64,000 nucleotides of DNA from a virus (IMGVR_UViG_3300011772_000022:16259-80258), one strand, 5' to 3'. Positions 8,885-18,890 are shown, counted from the stretch's first letter. The notes: generated from the sequence alone by a model not told the origin. Made by a program: numbers and translations.

Positions 8885-9410
8885 CCTCCTTCAAAATCCC
8901 CTGTAAAATCTGGTATACCTTAATCAGTTTATCTTTCTCGTTTACTTCCTTCACGGTATTTAGTTTGAATACTTCACCCTCCACCGTGTCTTGCTCGTAA
9001 TACATAATTCGGTCATTGTACTCCGTCAGGTATCCAATGATGTATGTCTTGCCATTTAAGTTGAATTTCGTGAACAATCGTAATTTCGTTCGCTGCTCCT
9101 CATCACCGATGATAACAATTTCGTTACCTTTGTGAGTCGGTGGGTAGATGATAACATCCTTTATGAACCCGTTAATCGTCATGGAGTTATCATCATTCTG
9201 TACAATTGAAAGTTGCGGATTATTCGCATGGTCATAAACCATCTTCAGTACGGTTTGTGTTTCTTCCGTATTTAATAATTCGCCTTCGGGAAGTTCTAAG
9301 ATTCTATCCACTATATGAAGAATCGTCGGTGGCTCAGTATGATTCAACCACAAGGCATTATCTTTTAGAAAGGTCTTCACTTGTTGTGATGCTTCGATGC
9401 GGTTCGTCAT
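8841..9410 (-). CDS. hypothetical protein (189 aa)
   Basis: ORF in the operon context. Confidence 0.45.
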   Translation of the reverse strand: MTNRIEASQQVKTFLKDNALWLNHTEPPTILHIVDRILELPEGELLNTEETQTVLKMVYDHANNPQLSIVQNDDNSMTINGFIKDVIIYPPTHKGNEIVIIGDEEQRTKLRLFTKFNLNGKTYIIGYLTEYNDRIMYYEQDTVEGEVFKLNTVKEVNEKDKLIKVYQILQGILKEDGYYDRIGANTPSI

Positions 9411-9628
9411 TCCTGCTCCTCCCTCAATGCTGCTCCTTTTTCATACCATTCTTTCACCATCGGATTCCTTTTGAAGATGTTTTCAAATGGCTCCCCTCGT
9501 AAATCCTTTTCACCACGTCGTCCGTATTCCATTAAGATGTTCTGTGCCGACGGAATGTTTGCTGAATCTAACGCATGTCGATATCGAATAAATAATTCGT
9601 CCGGCGTTAATTTCGTTAAGTCTTCCAC
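9407..9628 (-). CDS. hypothetical protein (73 aa)
   Basis: ORF; overlaps its neighbours by 4 nt. Confidence 0.45.
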   Translation of the reverse strand: MEDLTKLTPDELFIRYRHALDSANIPSAQNILMEYGRRGEKDLRGEPFENIFKRNPMVKEWYEKGAALREEQE

Positions 9629-9999
9629 TATGCTTCCTCCTTTGGTAAGTGTCCTTGAATAAATTGGTTTACTTCTTCTCTTACTTCTTCTTGGTCTTTC
9701 TCTAACTTTCTATCTTTAAGATTCTTCTCACGTATCAGCCTACGTTTTTTCAATGTTTTTTCGAATTCTTCTGCATTTTTCTTGATGCGTTCTTCATTTT
9801 GTTCTTCTTGTCTTGCTATACGTTCATCCATTTCTTCTAGACAGAAATCGCAGTAATAAGGTTCATCATGAGCGTATACTTCTGTGTGTACATGGATGTT
9901 TTGCATCGCTTGATGAACCGCATGTCTGAAACAGAGACCGTCATGTTCATTCGTAAAGTATCTTACTTTGGCTTCGATTCTCATTTCACAATCACCCAA
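9628..9999 (-). CDS. hypothetical Cys/His-containing protein with Lys/Glu-rich tail
   Basis: ORF; CFRH...YYCDFC motif. Confidence 0.45.
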   Translation of the reverse strand: MGDCEMRIEAKVRYFTNEHDGLCFRHAVHQAMQNIHVHTEVYAHDEPYYCDFCLEEMDERIARQEEQNEERIKKNAEEFEKTLKKRRLIREKNLKDRKLEKDQEEVREEVNQFIQGHLPKEEA

Positions 10000-10232
10000 C
10001 CAGTGTCAAGGTTAATTAGTACCAATCGACCGTCCTTAAATTCCACCTTCAGTTCTCGGGAAATTCCATCGTAACCAGTCCCAATGATTTTCTGAACCTT
10101 TAGAGGTCCTTTCGGAATATCCTTGGCGATGTATGCTAAGGCATCATTTGGGTCTGTGAAATTCTTGAAGAAATATCTATCCTCTCCTAATTTTGCATCC
10201 TCGCTTCTATCGATAATAATTGTGATTTGCAT
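9981..10232 (-). CDS. hypothetical protein (83 aa)
   Basis: ORF. Confidence 0.45.
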   Translation of the reverse strand: MQITIIIDRSEDAKLGEDRYFFKNFTDPNDALAYIAKDIPKGPLKVQKIIGTGYDGISRELKVEFKDGRLVLINLDTGWVIVK

Positions 10233-10286
10233 GTGTATCTCCTCCTGTATCTTTATTGTATCTTCATTGTATGTTATCCTTCGAAA

Positions 10287-10682
10287 CTATTGTAATGTAA
10301 TTTCGATTCCCGGTTTTAATCGGTCCACATAGATGTCACCCTCAGGATATCCAGTGTTTGCAGCAATCTGTTTTATCTCATATAGAAATGGGTCATTCGA
10401 GAATACTATTCTCATACCCGGTTTTAATTTCATAATCTGATTCCAAGCCAATACCTTCTTACCCAGTTCCTCATGTCCAACATATGTTTTAAACGTAAGC
10501 TCAACCGTCTCCATAGACATATCTTTTGTCCCCCATTTACATTCGAAGTCAGCAAAGATTTCATTACACTTTGGGCATCTAAAGACGTCGCCGAATTCCA
10601 AGGTTTCCTCATAAGCAATAGAAGGAGTGGTCCAACGCATACAATGAATACATTGAATCGTTGATACCCTCATCTCACACAC
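10287..10682 (-). CDS. hypothetical Zn-finger protein
   Basis: CIHCMRW...CPKCNE motifs. Confidence 0.45.
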   Translation of the reverse strand: MCEMRVSTIQCIHCMRWTTPSIAYEETLEFGDVFRCPKCNEIFADFECKWGTKDMSMETVELTFKTYVGHEELGKKVLAWNQIMKLKPGMRIVFSNDPFLYEIKQIAANTGYPEGDIYVDRLKPGIEITLQ

Positions 10683-10905
10683 CTCTTATCGGAGGTCGTT
10701 TGTCTTTCTGCTTCTTGCCTTTGTAATCGTTATGTCTACCGTGGCGCAAATCCTCTAAACACTCATTGTGATAGAATTGTCCTTGGTATTTTACAACCGC
10801 CCGCTGCCCGAATTTCTTCATACAAATCGTGCAACGAACAGTTGTAACGTTTACTCCGGCGGTTAACTTTCTTCGTTGTTGGTGCTCTCTTCCCGCCATT
10901 GACAT
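10675..10905 (-). CDS. hypothetical Zn-ribbon protein
   Basis: CTICMKK...HNECLEDLRHGRH. Confidence 0.45.
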   Translation of the reverse strand: MSMAGREHQQRRKLTAGVNVTTVRCTICMKKFGQRAVVKYQGQFYHNECLEDLRHGRHNDYKGKKQKDKRPPIRGV

Positions 10906-10918
10906 ATCGCATCACCTC

Positions 10919-11161
10919 TTATAGGTAGTAAGTTTCATCGACTGTATCATCGACAATCTGTTTTAGAATAACCAGTATTGTGTGGTCACTCTTATGAATA
11001 TGAGAAGCCGTATATTCTACTGCTTCATCTCGTACCCGGAATACCTGAGCAGCATCCAGAGCCTCAACCTGCTTTGCCGTCTTCTTGTCACGCTTTAAAA
11101 TACGACCACTCTCCGTAATAAATACAACATCTAATTCTACGATTTCATCAAACCATCCCAT
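10919..11161 (-). CDS. hypothetical protein (start re-assigned to MGWFDEI; TAATG overlap with the primase stop)
   Basis: The start codon overlaps the upstream stop by 1 nt. Confidence 0.4.
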   Translation of the reverse strand: MGWFDEIVELDVVFITESGRILKRDKKTAKQVEALDAAQVFRVRDEAVEYTASHIHKSDHTILVILKQIVDDTVDETYYL

Positions 11162-12231
11162 TATAAAATCCCATCCTTTCGTACTCTTTGTAATAAATGT
11201 GCTACCTGTTCTGGTGTGCATCCACCTAAGTCCTTATTACCATATGAATCAAATGTCCATATCTTGTTCTTTCTTCGTTGTAATTCTTCTCGTAAGAATT
11301 CTGTTCCTGTTGCTCCCGCCTCATCATTGTCGAGACCGAGTATTACATTTTCATACTGAGCAATCTTATCGACGTGCTCCCGAGAAGGTTTAGCTCCCAT
11401 AATAGCTCCAATGTCTATCTTGTCTTGAATGTTATGCATGTAAGCATATGGTACATCCATTGGTGATTCAATTACTAAAATGGTGTCCTTATTGTAAGGG
11501 TCCCATTTGTCTTCGTTGAATACGACATCACCTTTTGGGAAGTCGAGCATCATCTTCCATCCCGGATTCGGGAACATTTCGTCCGGAACACCTACACCAT
11601 ATCGGATAAAGTCATCATCTCGTGTTGCTCTTGAGATAACACCCATTAATCCTTTCTTACCATTGAACACTGGGATTACCGTTCGTTGTGACCGTTCGCA
11701 GTATCCAATTTGGAATACGTCCCGAACCATCTCGACCGATAATACCATTTGCCCATCTCTTCGAAGTGCCTGCGGGTGTAACGCTTTTAAATATTCATCC
11801 AGTACCGCCATGTCATACGTATTGGAATCAGAAATCTCACCCATTAATACCTTCAAGTCGATGGATAGTGCATCTAAGTGGCTCTCTGATTCATCCTCAG
11901 GAAGTAGGTCATGTTCTTCTAACCAAGCATACGCTTCTATGTCATTGACCATTCGACCTGTATTCCGAGATAAGAATTTCGCCGTCAGTTGTTCGAGTGT
12001 AAACCCGCCACATACATAACAGTTGGATGTTCCTGCCGGAGTCCATTGTGACTTTCTTCTTTCCCATATTGCCTTTTCTAAAATCCCGAAGGAACGTTTA
12101 CGGTCACCATTGCCATGTTTACCTTCAAAGTCCGGGCAATGCGCCATTACGTTATCATTTCTTGCTTGTTTGATTCCCTCTACACCGAAGTAGGAAAGAA
12201 ATTTCCATGCATCGAATGCCATTATAATCAC
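11161..12231 (-). CDS. DNA primase (DnaG-like: zinc-binding plus TOPRIM domains)
   Basis: HCPDFEGKHG...CYVCGG zinc finger; TOPRIM ESPMD ... LGLDNDEAG. Confidence 0.8.
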   Translation of the reverse strand: MIIMAFDAWKFLSYFGVEGIKQARNDNVMAHCPDFEGKHGNGDRKRSFGILEKAIWERRKSQWTPAGTSNCYVCGGFTLEQLTAKFLSRNTGRMVNDIEAYAWLEEHDLLPEDESESHLDALSIDLKVLMGEISDSNTYDMAVLDEYLKALHPQALRRDGQMVLSVEMVRDVFQIGYCERSQRTVIPVFNGKKGLMGVISRATRDDDFIRYGVGVPDEMFPNPGWKMMLDFPKGDVVFNEDKWDPYNKDTILVIESPMDVPYAYMHNIQDKIDIGAIMGAKPSREHVDKIAQYENVILGLDNDEAGATGTEFLREELQRRKNKIWTFDSYGNKDLGGCTPEQVAHLLQRVRKDGIL

Positions 12232-12239
12232 CTACATTT

Positions 12240-12635
12240 CTATGTCCATAACTCATGATAACATTCTTCAGACCAGTTACACGCCTCATTTAGTTCGTAT
12301 AAAAATTGATACAGTTTAATATCTTCTGGTAATCCTGATAAGGCATACTTTACATCATCATGCATAAAGCCCATCTTATCGTAGGCTACCATCGGATGAA
12401 GGTCTTTATATGGTTCGCCGTATTCCATGCCGAGTTTACATATTGTACGCAAGTCAGATAAGTTTCCTTCTTCATCCCCAAGGTTTCTTCCGTCTGCTTG
12501 AGATGTTGCTAAAATGTCTACGCCAAGACCAAGGAAGTTATCATGATATGAAGCGTTGAAAACACCCCATCTATTTAATTTGTCATATGCCTTTTTGTTC
12601 TTGATTGGTACGGCACGGAATCCGCCATCAGCCAT
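12240..12635 (-). CDS. hypothetical protein (131 aa)
   Basis: RBS AAGGAGGGATAAAA before the ATG. Confidence 0.5.
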   Translation of the reverse strand: MADGGFRAVPIKNKKAYDKLNRWGVFNASYHDNFLGLGVDILATSQADGRNLGDEEGNLSDLRTICKLGMEYGEPYKDLHPMVAYDKMGFMHDDVKYALSGLPEDIKLYQFLYELNEACNWSEECYHELWT

Positions 12636-12637
12636 TT

Positions 12638-12769
12638 TTATCCCTCCTTATTTTCTTTCGATTCATAACATTTCTTATTGAAACATTTAATACATCTCTC
12701 GTGATATACGTGCCATATGCTGCCGCTTAGTGGCGTACCACAATCGCTGCAATGATATTCTTTTGTCAT
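12638..12769 (-). CDS. small Zn-ribbon protein (43 aa; below the track cutoff)
   Basis: MTKEYHCSDCGTPLSGSIWHVYHERCIKCFNKKCYESKENKEG; ATGA overlap with the upstream gene. Confidence 0.35.
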   Translation of the reverse strand: MTKEYHCSDCGTPLSGSIWHVYHERCIKCFNKKCYESKENKEG

Positions 12770-12996
12770 TGTTCTTCTACCTCTCTGTAAATTAAGATTA
12801 GTTTTGTTTCAAATTCAATTTCATTTCCGTTCCCGAATTGCCCCCAACCGATGTTACTTACCAAAAGATTAACGTATTCAATTCCGGGTTGCTGCAAGAA
12901 GTCTGTTACCTGCTGAGATGTAGTAATTCTTGTTCGACTTTTATCTTCATTGACAATAAGGTTATCTGTAAATTCTTTTACAAGTGGATTACTCAT
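12766..12996 (-). CDS. hypothetical protein (76 aa)
   Basis: ORF. Confidence 0.45.
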   Translation of the reverse strand: MSNPLVKEFTDNLIVNEDKSRTRITTSQQVTDFLQQPGIEYVNLLVSNIGWGQFGNGNEIEFETKLILIYREVEEQ

Positions 12997-13343
12997 TTCT
13001 TTCTCCTTTTCTTCTTGTCGTTTTCTTCAAGAACCTTATCAAGTAAGTCCGATAAGATTTCATCTAGTTGTCGTTGTGTTTCTTGTTTAACAGTTGTTAT
13101 CTTTCCGTTATACCCCTTCATGAAAGAGTACGTCTGTTCATTGAAGAAGATTACAATTGCATAAGTTTCTCCACCAACCGTTATTGTATGTGTTACTTGC
13201 ACCCTGCCTCTGGATGGATTAAATTGATTTGATAAGTCATTAACGTTTTCTACTCTTATTACTTCTACCGGACCTTGTGCTGAGTCTGCGGTGATTTCTT
13301 TAAGTGTCAAAAGTACGTTTACTTTCATGTGATTTTCCTCCAT
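12993..13343 (-). CDS. hypothetical protein (116 aa)
   Basis: RBS ATGGAGGAAAATCAC before the ATG. Confidence 0.5.
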   Translation of the reverse strand: MEENHMKVNVLLTLKEITADSAQGPVEVIRVENVNDLSNQFNPSRGRVQVTHTITVGGETYAIVIFFNEQTYSFMKGYNGKITTVKQETQRQLDEILSDLLDKVLEENDKKKRRKK

Positions 13344-13345
13344 TT

Positions 13346-13364
13346 GTACCTGTTATAATAGGTC
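13346..13364. promoter_or_regulatory. palindromic motif GTACCTGTTATAATAGGTC containing an extended -10 (TGTTATAAT)
   Basis: Intergenic; the same motif recurs at 14283-14303 and 26831-26853. Confidence 0.4.
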
Positions 13365-13418
13365 TTTGTTCGACCATTTTTAGTATACCCCATTTTGAGG
13401 AACTAGTGAAGAAGAGGA

Positions 13419-14165
13419 TTAATACTCTTCTTCACAATCGTCATAATATTTATCAACTTCTTTTGGGTCTAAAATAATCGTCGCTCCTGAGATGTACAGT
13501 TGTAACATGAAGTCATCGAACCCATGTAACCCTGCCATGATTGTTTCGTTCGTAATTTCCTTACCACGAATTGTTAGATTGTTAATTGTACCTGATTTGT
13601 TAACGGATAATCGGTAGCGGCAAGCATAGTTTGATTCATCCTCATTACCGTCAAAGTCAATGAATGCAAGGTTTGAATACTTCTTATAGTAGAAGGCACA
13701 GTCCATACCATCCAGACTCTCCCCATCGTCATCGTGAACTTTTTTCATATATGCTTCTTTCATTTTGTTAATGATTTCGGATAGTTTCCATTCTTTCTTC
13801 TCTACACTCAACATATCTTCCACGGAACTTTTCAACTTATCGATACCATTCAGTTTGATTACTTCGTCAAATTTTTCTTTCAGCATATTCATAACAAGCG
13901 TATTGTATGCACCAAGACCTAGTTCTTCTAAGTTCACATTCAAGTGATTCTTCAGCTCTTCCTTAACCGCCTTACTGAATGTACTGTAAGAACCGAATAC
14001 GTCATCAATAACACTCGCAAGACCTTTCTTCATATGCTTTTCCATCTCTTCTTTAATGAATCCACTTTGTACTAAATCGCTCACCGTTTCCTGCGAAATC
14101 TTTAGTAAGTCCACCGTTCCTTTTACTTCCTCAACCACTGTTACTTCGTCAACCTTCTTTGTCAT
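13419..14165 (-). CDS. hypothetical protein (248 aa)
   Basis: ORF. Confidence 0.5.
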   Translation of the reverse strand: MTKKVDEVTVVEEVKGTVDLLKISQETVSDLVQSGFIKEEMEKHMKKGLASVIDDVFGSYSTFSKAVKEELKNHLNVNLEELGLGAYNTLVMNMLKEKFDEVIKLNGIDKLKSSVEDMLSVEKKEWKLSEIINKMKEAYMKKVHDDDGESLDGMDCAFYYKKYSNLAFIDFDGNEDESNYACRYRLSVNKSGTINNLTIRGKEITNETIMAGLHGFDDFMLQLYISGATIILDPKEVDKYYDDCEEEY

Positions 14166-14282
14166 TGTTATTTCCTCCTTGTGTGTTTGTTTTCCTTATA
14201 AATTAAGTTTATCTCAGTCTGGCAAACTAGTGTACCAGTATTTTACATTTTGTTTTTGTCATGATGTCCTTCACAAATAAAA

Positions 14283-14303
14283 GTGTACCTGTAATAGGTA
14301 CAC
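14283..14303. promoter_or_regulatory. palindromic motif GTGTACCTGTAATAGGTACAC (variant of the 13346/26831 motif)
   Basis: 8-bp perfect arms GTGTACCT/AGGTACAC in an intergenic gap. Confidence 0.35.
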
Positions 14304-14310
14304 TAGTGAA

Positions 14311-14538
14311 TCAGAGTTTTTTAAGTAGTCTATGCAAACGGACATGTGCATCATTTATGTGCCTATAAATATCACGAAAAGATTCACCCTCAGCCGTAGC
14401 AGATACATAGTTAGGATGGTCACTCATTAAGTCTTTTACTTCTTTTAAGTCCTCTTCTACCCGGTTAATCTCAGTAGCAACCTCTACCGCCCCTTGTGCT
14501 AATTGACTAATTTGTATACGTAGTTTGTCATCTCTCAT
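14311..14538 (-). CDS. hypothetical protein (75 aa)
   Basis: RBS TTAGGAGGAGAAAATA before the ATG. Confidence 0.45.
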   Translation of the reverse strand: MRDDKLRIQISQLAQGAVEVATEINRVEEDLKEVKDLMSDHPNYVSATAEGESFRDIYRHINDAHVRLHRLLKKL

Positions 14539-14664
14539 TATTTTCTCCTCCTAAAAAGTCGTGGTAAATGATGTGTAAAGAAGTCTCCTATAATCATAGG
14601 TAGGAAGAGGAGAAATAAGAATACTTTCTCCTTCCAATTATACGGTCCGCCGCCCCACATAAAA

Positions 14665-14892
14665 TCACCTCTTGAATGGTATATAGTGAATCCCTTTCAT
14701 AATAGCAATCTGTCGGCTCAGTTCCGAGATAGCTCCCTCACAACTAACCTTGTTCAATTTATATACTTCAGCCCGGTCGTCACCTTCAGCCCGAGCTAGT
14801 TCTTCCCTGTTTTCCCACATCTCAGCATGACACGTTAGTTCCTCAATTTCTGCTTCGAAGTGTCTGATTAGTTTACGTTTTCTAATGAACAT
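14665..14892 (-). CDS. hypothetical protein (start re-assigned to MFIRKRKL; the track start is a TTG inside the helicase gene)
   Basis: RBS TTAGGAGGATAGAAAGC before ATG 14890-14892. Confidence 0.4.
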   Translation of the reverse strand: MFIRKRKLIRHFEAEIEELTCHAEMWENREELARAEGDDRAEVYKLNKVSCEGAISELSRQIAIMKGIHYIPFKR

Positions 14893-14905
14893 GCTTTCTA
14901 TCCTC

Positions 14906-16249
14906 CTAAGAAAAGATGATTGACCCACTGTCATCGTCCTCCGGCTCATCCATAATAATGTCCTCTGCCAGTCGTCCGAAGTTTTTCGTATTTTCAAAGT
15001 CCCAATGAATAACAACGTTCGGCGTATTACCGTCACGAACAAGCATCAGGTTAATTCCCATTAAGTTCATCGCTCTCATCTCTTCATCACGGAATGGCTC
15101 AATAACCACATCCGAATCCTGTGCAAATGATTGTGCGAATGAGATTGTCGATTGGTCATTCGCTTTACCAACCTTACCAGTCTTCGCCGATAGCTGAGAA
15201 GATTGAATGATTGGTTTACCAGTCTTACGAGCAACACGTTTTAGTTTACGAGTAATGTTTGTAATCTTCTCCCACATTGCCGTTCCACCTTCTTCATCAT
15301 CTAAAAGGTAAGAACCGTCCACGATAACAAGGTCTGGATTGTATTCCTCAATCTTCGCCTGTACCGCTGATACACCATATCCATGTGAATCATCACCAGA
15401 GATAATGAAGTCACCAATGTCTTCATCTTTTAATGCATCCAGTCCGGCAAAGTATTCTTCCTTGTGTGTATCAGAAAGCATACCTTCCTTGTAATGCGTT
15501 GCATTCATCATGAAGTACAGAACATCGGCACGGGTTGCGATTTCATTGTTACCCATCTCTCGGGTAATGAATAAGACACGGAACCCTTGCTTGATTGCAT
15601 AGTTCGAAATTAGTACCTCAAGATACGTTTTACCTGTTTTCGGCATGGCAACAATGGAAATTAATTGCCCATCTTGAATTCCGCCCGTTGCTTTATCGAT
15701 TGGCTCAATACCTGCATAAGAGATACCAATAAGACCAAGACCATCTGCACGTTTGTTATATGCTTCTTTACGCTCTTCAACCTCCGTATTCCAGTGAAGG
15801 TCTTTTGCCACGTTTACTTCAGTTTGGATTTGTGACATCATACGAGTCAGAAGTTTTTCAGTTCCTTCCTCATCTTCCTTCTTCAGCAGCTCAACCGCCT
15901 GCATAATACCATCCGTCAGTTTCTCACGTTTACGTTTACGACGAACCTCTTTCATCCAATACGAAAGTGGCTCCACCGTGTCCGTTAATTTGAATCCCGG
16001 GAAGTATTGGTTAATGATTTCTAAAGATGCCGTCTTCTTATGTTCGTCATAATGTTCGAACAGGAAATGTGCCATCTGCTCTGCCACGGAACCGTCCTTG
16101 AAGAATACGTATCGGTATCCTCCCTCTTGTCGCTTCTCACGTTTTAGAATCTTGTTCTTCGTAAGCTCTCCTATTGCATTACCTCGGATTGCCTCCTTCA
16201 GGAGTTCCATCTCTTCACTCAGCCGTCTTTCTTCCATCATCTTGCTCAC
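14906..16249 (-). CDS. replicative DNA helicase (DnaB family)
   Basis: RecA-like core with Walker A AMPKTGKT, the FITREM motif, and an N-terminal DnaB-like domain. Confidence 0.8.
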   Translation of the reverse strand: MSKMMEERRLSEEMELLKEAIRGNAIGELTKNKILKREKRQEGGYRYVFFKDGSVAEQMAHFLFEHYDEHKKTASLEIINQYFPGFKLTDTVEPLSYWMKEVRRKRKREKLTDGIMQAVELLKKEDEEGTEKLLTRMMSQIQTEVNVAKDLHWNTEVEERKEAYNKRADGLGLIGISYAGIEPIDKATGGIQDGQLISIVAMPKTGKTYLEVLISNYAIKQGFRVLFITREMGNNEIATRADVLYFMMNATHYKEGMLSDTHKEEYFAGLDALKDEDIGDFIISGDDSHGYGVSAVQAKIEEYNPDLVIVDGSYLLDDEEGGTAMWEKITNITRKLKRVARKTGKPIIQSSQLSAKTGKVGKANDQSTISFAQSFAQDSDVVIEPFRDEEMRAMNLMGINLMLVRDGNTPNVVIHWDFENTKNFGRLAEDIIMDEPEDDDSGSIIFS

Positions 16250-16656
16250 TCTCCATAATGATAAATTTCACCTACATGCTGCACCCATTTCTCTTTACGT
16301 TTGTTTTCTACGGAAGCATGTAATGGATTATTATAAAAGTAAAAATGTATATGTCGTCGAGAAAGTAACATTTCTTTCTCCTTATTATCCTTCATAAAGG
16401 ACAACTTGGTATACGGAAAATCAACGTCGTCAAGTTTACCTTGTATGACCGCCTGTTCCTTTTCATCGTAACCGTGCCCGACCAAGTAAACACCAATACC
16501 ACGGTACATGATTGTATCCAACACCGGGACTGACTTCTTGTTCACTCGCAAAGATTTAGCGAACCCAAATAGTTTGGATTCGCTAAGGATGACGAGATTG
16601 TCAAGGTCAATCACAATGGTTGGTGCAAGCTCATTGCTTATGTCACCACCTAGCAT
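16246..16656 (-). CDS. hypothetical protein (136 aa)
   Basis: ORF coupled to its neighbours. Confidence 0.5.
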   Translation of the reverse strand: MLGGDISNELAPTIVIDLDNLVILSESKLFGFAKSLRVNKKSVPVLDTIMYRGIGVYLVGHGYDEKEQAVIQGKLDDVDFPYTKLSFMKDNKEKEMLLSRRHIHFYFYNNPLHASVENKRKEKWVQHVGEIYHYGE

Positions 16657-17358
16657 TTAAACCCCTCCATATTGTTCTCGTATTCTTCTTGCTTCCTGTA
16701 TTTTACGCCAATCCGGAAATGAGGATTGGTCCTCAAAATATAGTTTAATCGTGTTGCCTTCAATTAAAGATGCAACGGATACACCATACGTTTGTGATAA
16801 CATCGTAAGGGAAGCATTTGTCGTAAAGATTGTGGGTAGTAATCGATTGGTACGGTAGCGAATCAGTTCATCAAATACAGATGGAGCTAGTTCGCTGCGC
16901 TCTGATTGGAACCCTTTACCTACATCATCGACAACTAAAAAATCGCTATTCTTCACTCGTTTATCGTACAGGTCTGCTTTGCCGGAATCATACCATGCTC
17001 CTGCATAGAGATTAATGATTCCTGCAAGGTTTGCGAATTGCGTTCGGAATCCCTGCCTGATAGCAGCCTTTTGGACCGATACGGCAAGGTGGGTTTTGCC
17101 CACCCCGTTCATACCGTATAAAAATATTCCAGTACCTTCTTTACGATGGGTACGGATTCTAGCCGCATAATCGACCAGAGTTTGTGCCGTTTCAAAACGT
17201 TTGGGAATGATTACTCCACTATTATCTCGTATAGGGAAAGTTCGAAAATCGGCGGGATAGTATTTTTCTAATATGCCATGTCTTCTTTGTGTTTTAGGTT
17301 CCAAAGGACCGAAGACGTCACTCCCAATTAAAGTTTCCAGTTCCGTCATTGCCATCAT
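16657..17358 (-). CDS. helicase loader, DnaC/IstB-like AAA+ ATPase
   Basis: GMNGVGKTHLAVSV Walker A; FLVVDDVG Walker B. Confidence 0.7.
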   Translation of the reverse strand: MMAMTELETLIGSDVFGPLEPKTQRRHGILEKYYPADFRTFPIRDNSGVIIPKRFETAQTLVDYAARIRTHRKEGTGIFLYGMNGVGKTHLAVSVQKAAIRQGFRTQFANLAGIINLYAGAWYDSGKADLYDKRVKNSDFLVVDDVGKGFQSERSELAPSVFDELIRYRTNRLLPTIFTTNASLTMLSQTYGVSVASLIEGNTIKLYFEDQSSFPDWRKIQEARRIREQYGGV

Positions 17359-18364
17359 TCTTTTTCACCTCTGGTTTGTACTCTCTCGCACTCGATTTCT
17401 TTTGTTTTGCCGCTGAAGGATTCAGCATTTGAGGGATTATCGTGTTTCTATAAGCAAAGAAAACACCGAAGTTAGGGTAACCCTCTGGCAAATACGTGAG
17501 TTGTTTGTAGTTTTGTAGATAGAAGTCAATCGCATCAGCAACCTGTTCTGGCTCATATGCCGTCAGCAAGTTCTTGCATTGTCCTCTGTCCTTGTTCGTT
17601 GAAGCCGGAGATGTAATCCCCAGTTCCAATTTATACATATGTCGGAAGTAGGCAACTAGATGATTCGCATTCCATTTGCTCCGTGGGAGGTCTTGGAATC
17701 CTTTACCTCGTTTGTCCTTCTTCGTCGGTTTTTCTTCTGGTGCATATAGTTCATCTAAAACGTTCGGGATATCTTCTTCCGCTACCTCGTTTGGTTTGTC
17801 GGAAGGCATAACCACTTTAATGTTCTTTAGTCGTTCTGTGTCATCGGTAAAACTCATATCAGGTTCCGCCTCTGTCTTTTTTTCCTGTGGCGGTTCAGGT
17901 ATAGGTTCTTGATTCGGCTTTTGCTTCGGCTCCGGAGGTGGCGGTGGTGTCATACCTTCCTGTGCGACCATGTAAACAGAGGTGTGATTCTCTCTGGTGT
18001 AACCACCAAATGAACCCTTCTTGGTACAGACCACATAACCATCATCCATTGCTCGTTTGACCCCATCACTACATGCAGGTCTTGATAAACCAGTTAGCTT
18101 TTCAAATTGCGACAGGGACACCGCATCTTCTTCCTTGTAGACGGGCGCCCCTGTATCTTGGTCAATATGGCTTACCCACCCGTAAGTTTTACGGAACAAT
18201 GCCAACAAGACCTTTAATTCAGATAAACTTTTAATGTTGGGTAATGCTTCATCGAAAAACTCGTTGGGTATTGAAGTAAACCCTTTCATGTCCAACCGTG
18301 GTTTAAATCCGTTAAATTTGTTTCCCTCTTCCATACGTTTCATCCCCCATGAATATAATGTCAT
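17318..18364 (-). CDS. putative replisome organizer / replication initiation protein (N-terminal DnaD-like HTH, Pro-rich linker)
   Basis: The N-terminus resembles the phage replisome-organizer domain; PPPPPEPK linker. Sits directly upstream of the DnaC/DnaB pair. Confidence 0.45.
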   Translation of the reverse strand: MTLYSWGMKRMEEGNKFNGFKPRLDMKGFTSIPNEFFDEALPNIKSLSELKVLLALFRKTYGWVSHIDQDTGAPVYKEEDAVSLSQFEKLTGLSRPACSDGVKRAMDDGYVVCTKKGSFGGYTRENHTSVYMVAQEGMTPPPPPEPKQKPNQEPIPEPPQEKKTEAEPDMSFTDDTERLKNIKVVMPSDKPNEVAEEDIPNVLDELYAPEEKPTKKDKRGKGFQDLPRSKWNANHLVAYFRHMYKLELGITSPASTNKDRGQCKNLLTAYEPEQVADAIDFYLQNYKQLTYLPEGYPNFGVFFAYRNTIIPQMLNPSAAKQKKSSAREYKPEVKKNDGNDGTGNFNWE

Positions 18365-18413
18365 GGTCTAGTGTATCATAATAATTTGTCCTTGGGACAG
18401 TCCTATTATGAGA

Positions 18414-18821
18414 TTACTGGTAAGAATATTCATACCATTTCGCAAGCATTAAGTCTTTCGAGAAGTTTTGACCAGTTAATGTCCAATTCTGTTTGATTTC
18501 ATCAAATGATTGAAGGTCACCAATCGTTCCCGGAGCCTTACGGTATTGCGTTAAAATCTTTACTCCACCTTCCATGCGTTCAGCAACAAAGACAACATTT
18601 TCTTCAGTAGATAATCGAGTTAACACTTCAGAAACAGGTACATACAATGGGTCCAGAGTCCACGTTTTTTGAATGTACTCTTCCATTAATGGTAGCACGT
18701 TACCCGTACTAGTAAACACCACACCTACTTTATCACGTTTGATGTTCACACCATCGTTTGATGTTGCACCTTGACCTGCCTTCATTTTTACCAAGATTTC
18801 TAATAAATTCATTATTAACAC
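18414..18821 (-). CDS. hypothetical protein (135 aa)
   Basis: ORF. Confidence 0.5.
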   Translation of the reverse strand: MLIMNLLEILVKMKAGQGATSNDGVNIKRDKVGVVFTSTGNVLPLMEEYIQKTWTLDPLYVPVSEVLTRLSTEENVVFVAERMEGGVKILTQYRKAPGTIGDLQSFDEIKQNWTLTGQNFSKDLMLAKWYEYSYQ

Positions 18822-18890
18822 CTCCTTATCCTATTATATCAAATTACTAATGGGAAGTGGTACTAATTGCGACAAAATCTGTCAGAATTG

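Noticed and set aside
11507-12019. Plus-strand ORFs (170 aa and 86 aa) inside the primase gene
   Set aside because: They are antisense to a well-supported DnaG-like CDS and are Ser-rich frame artefacts.
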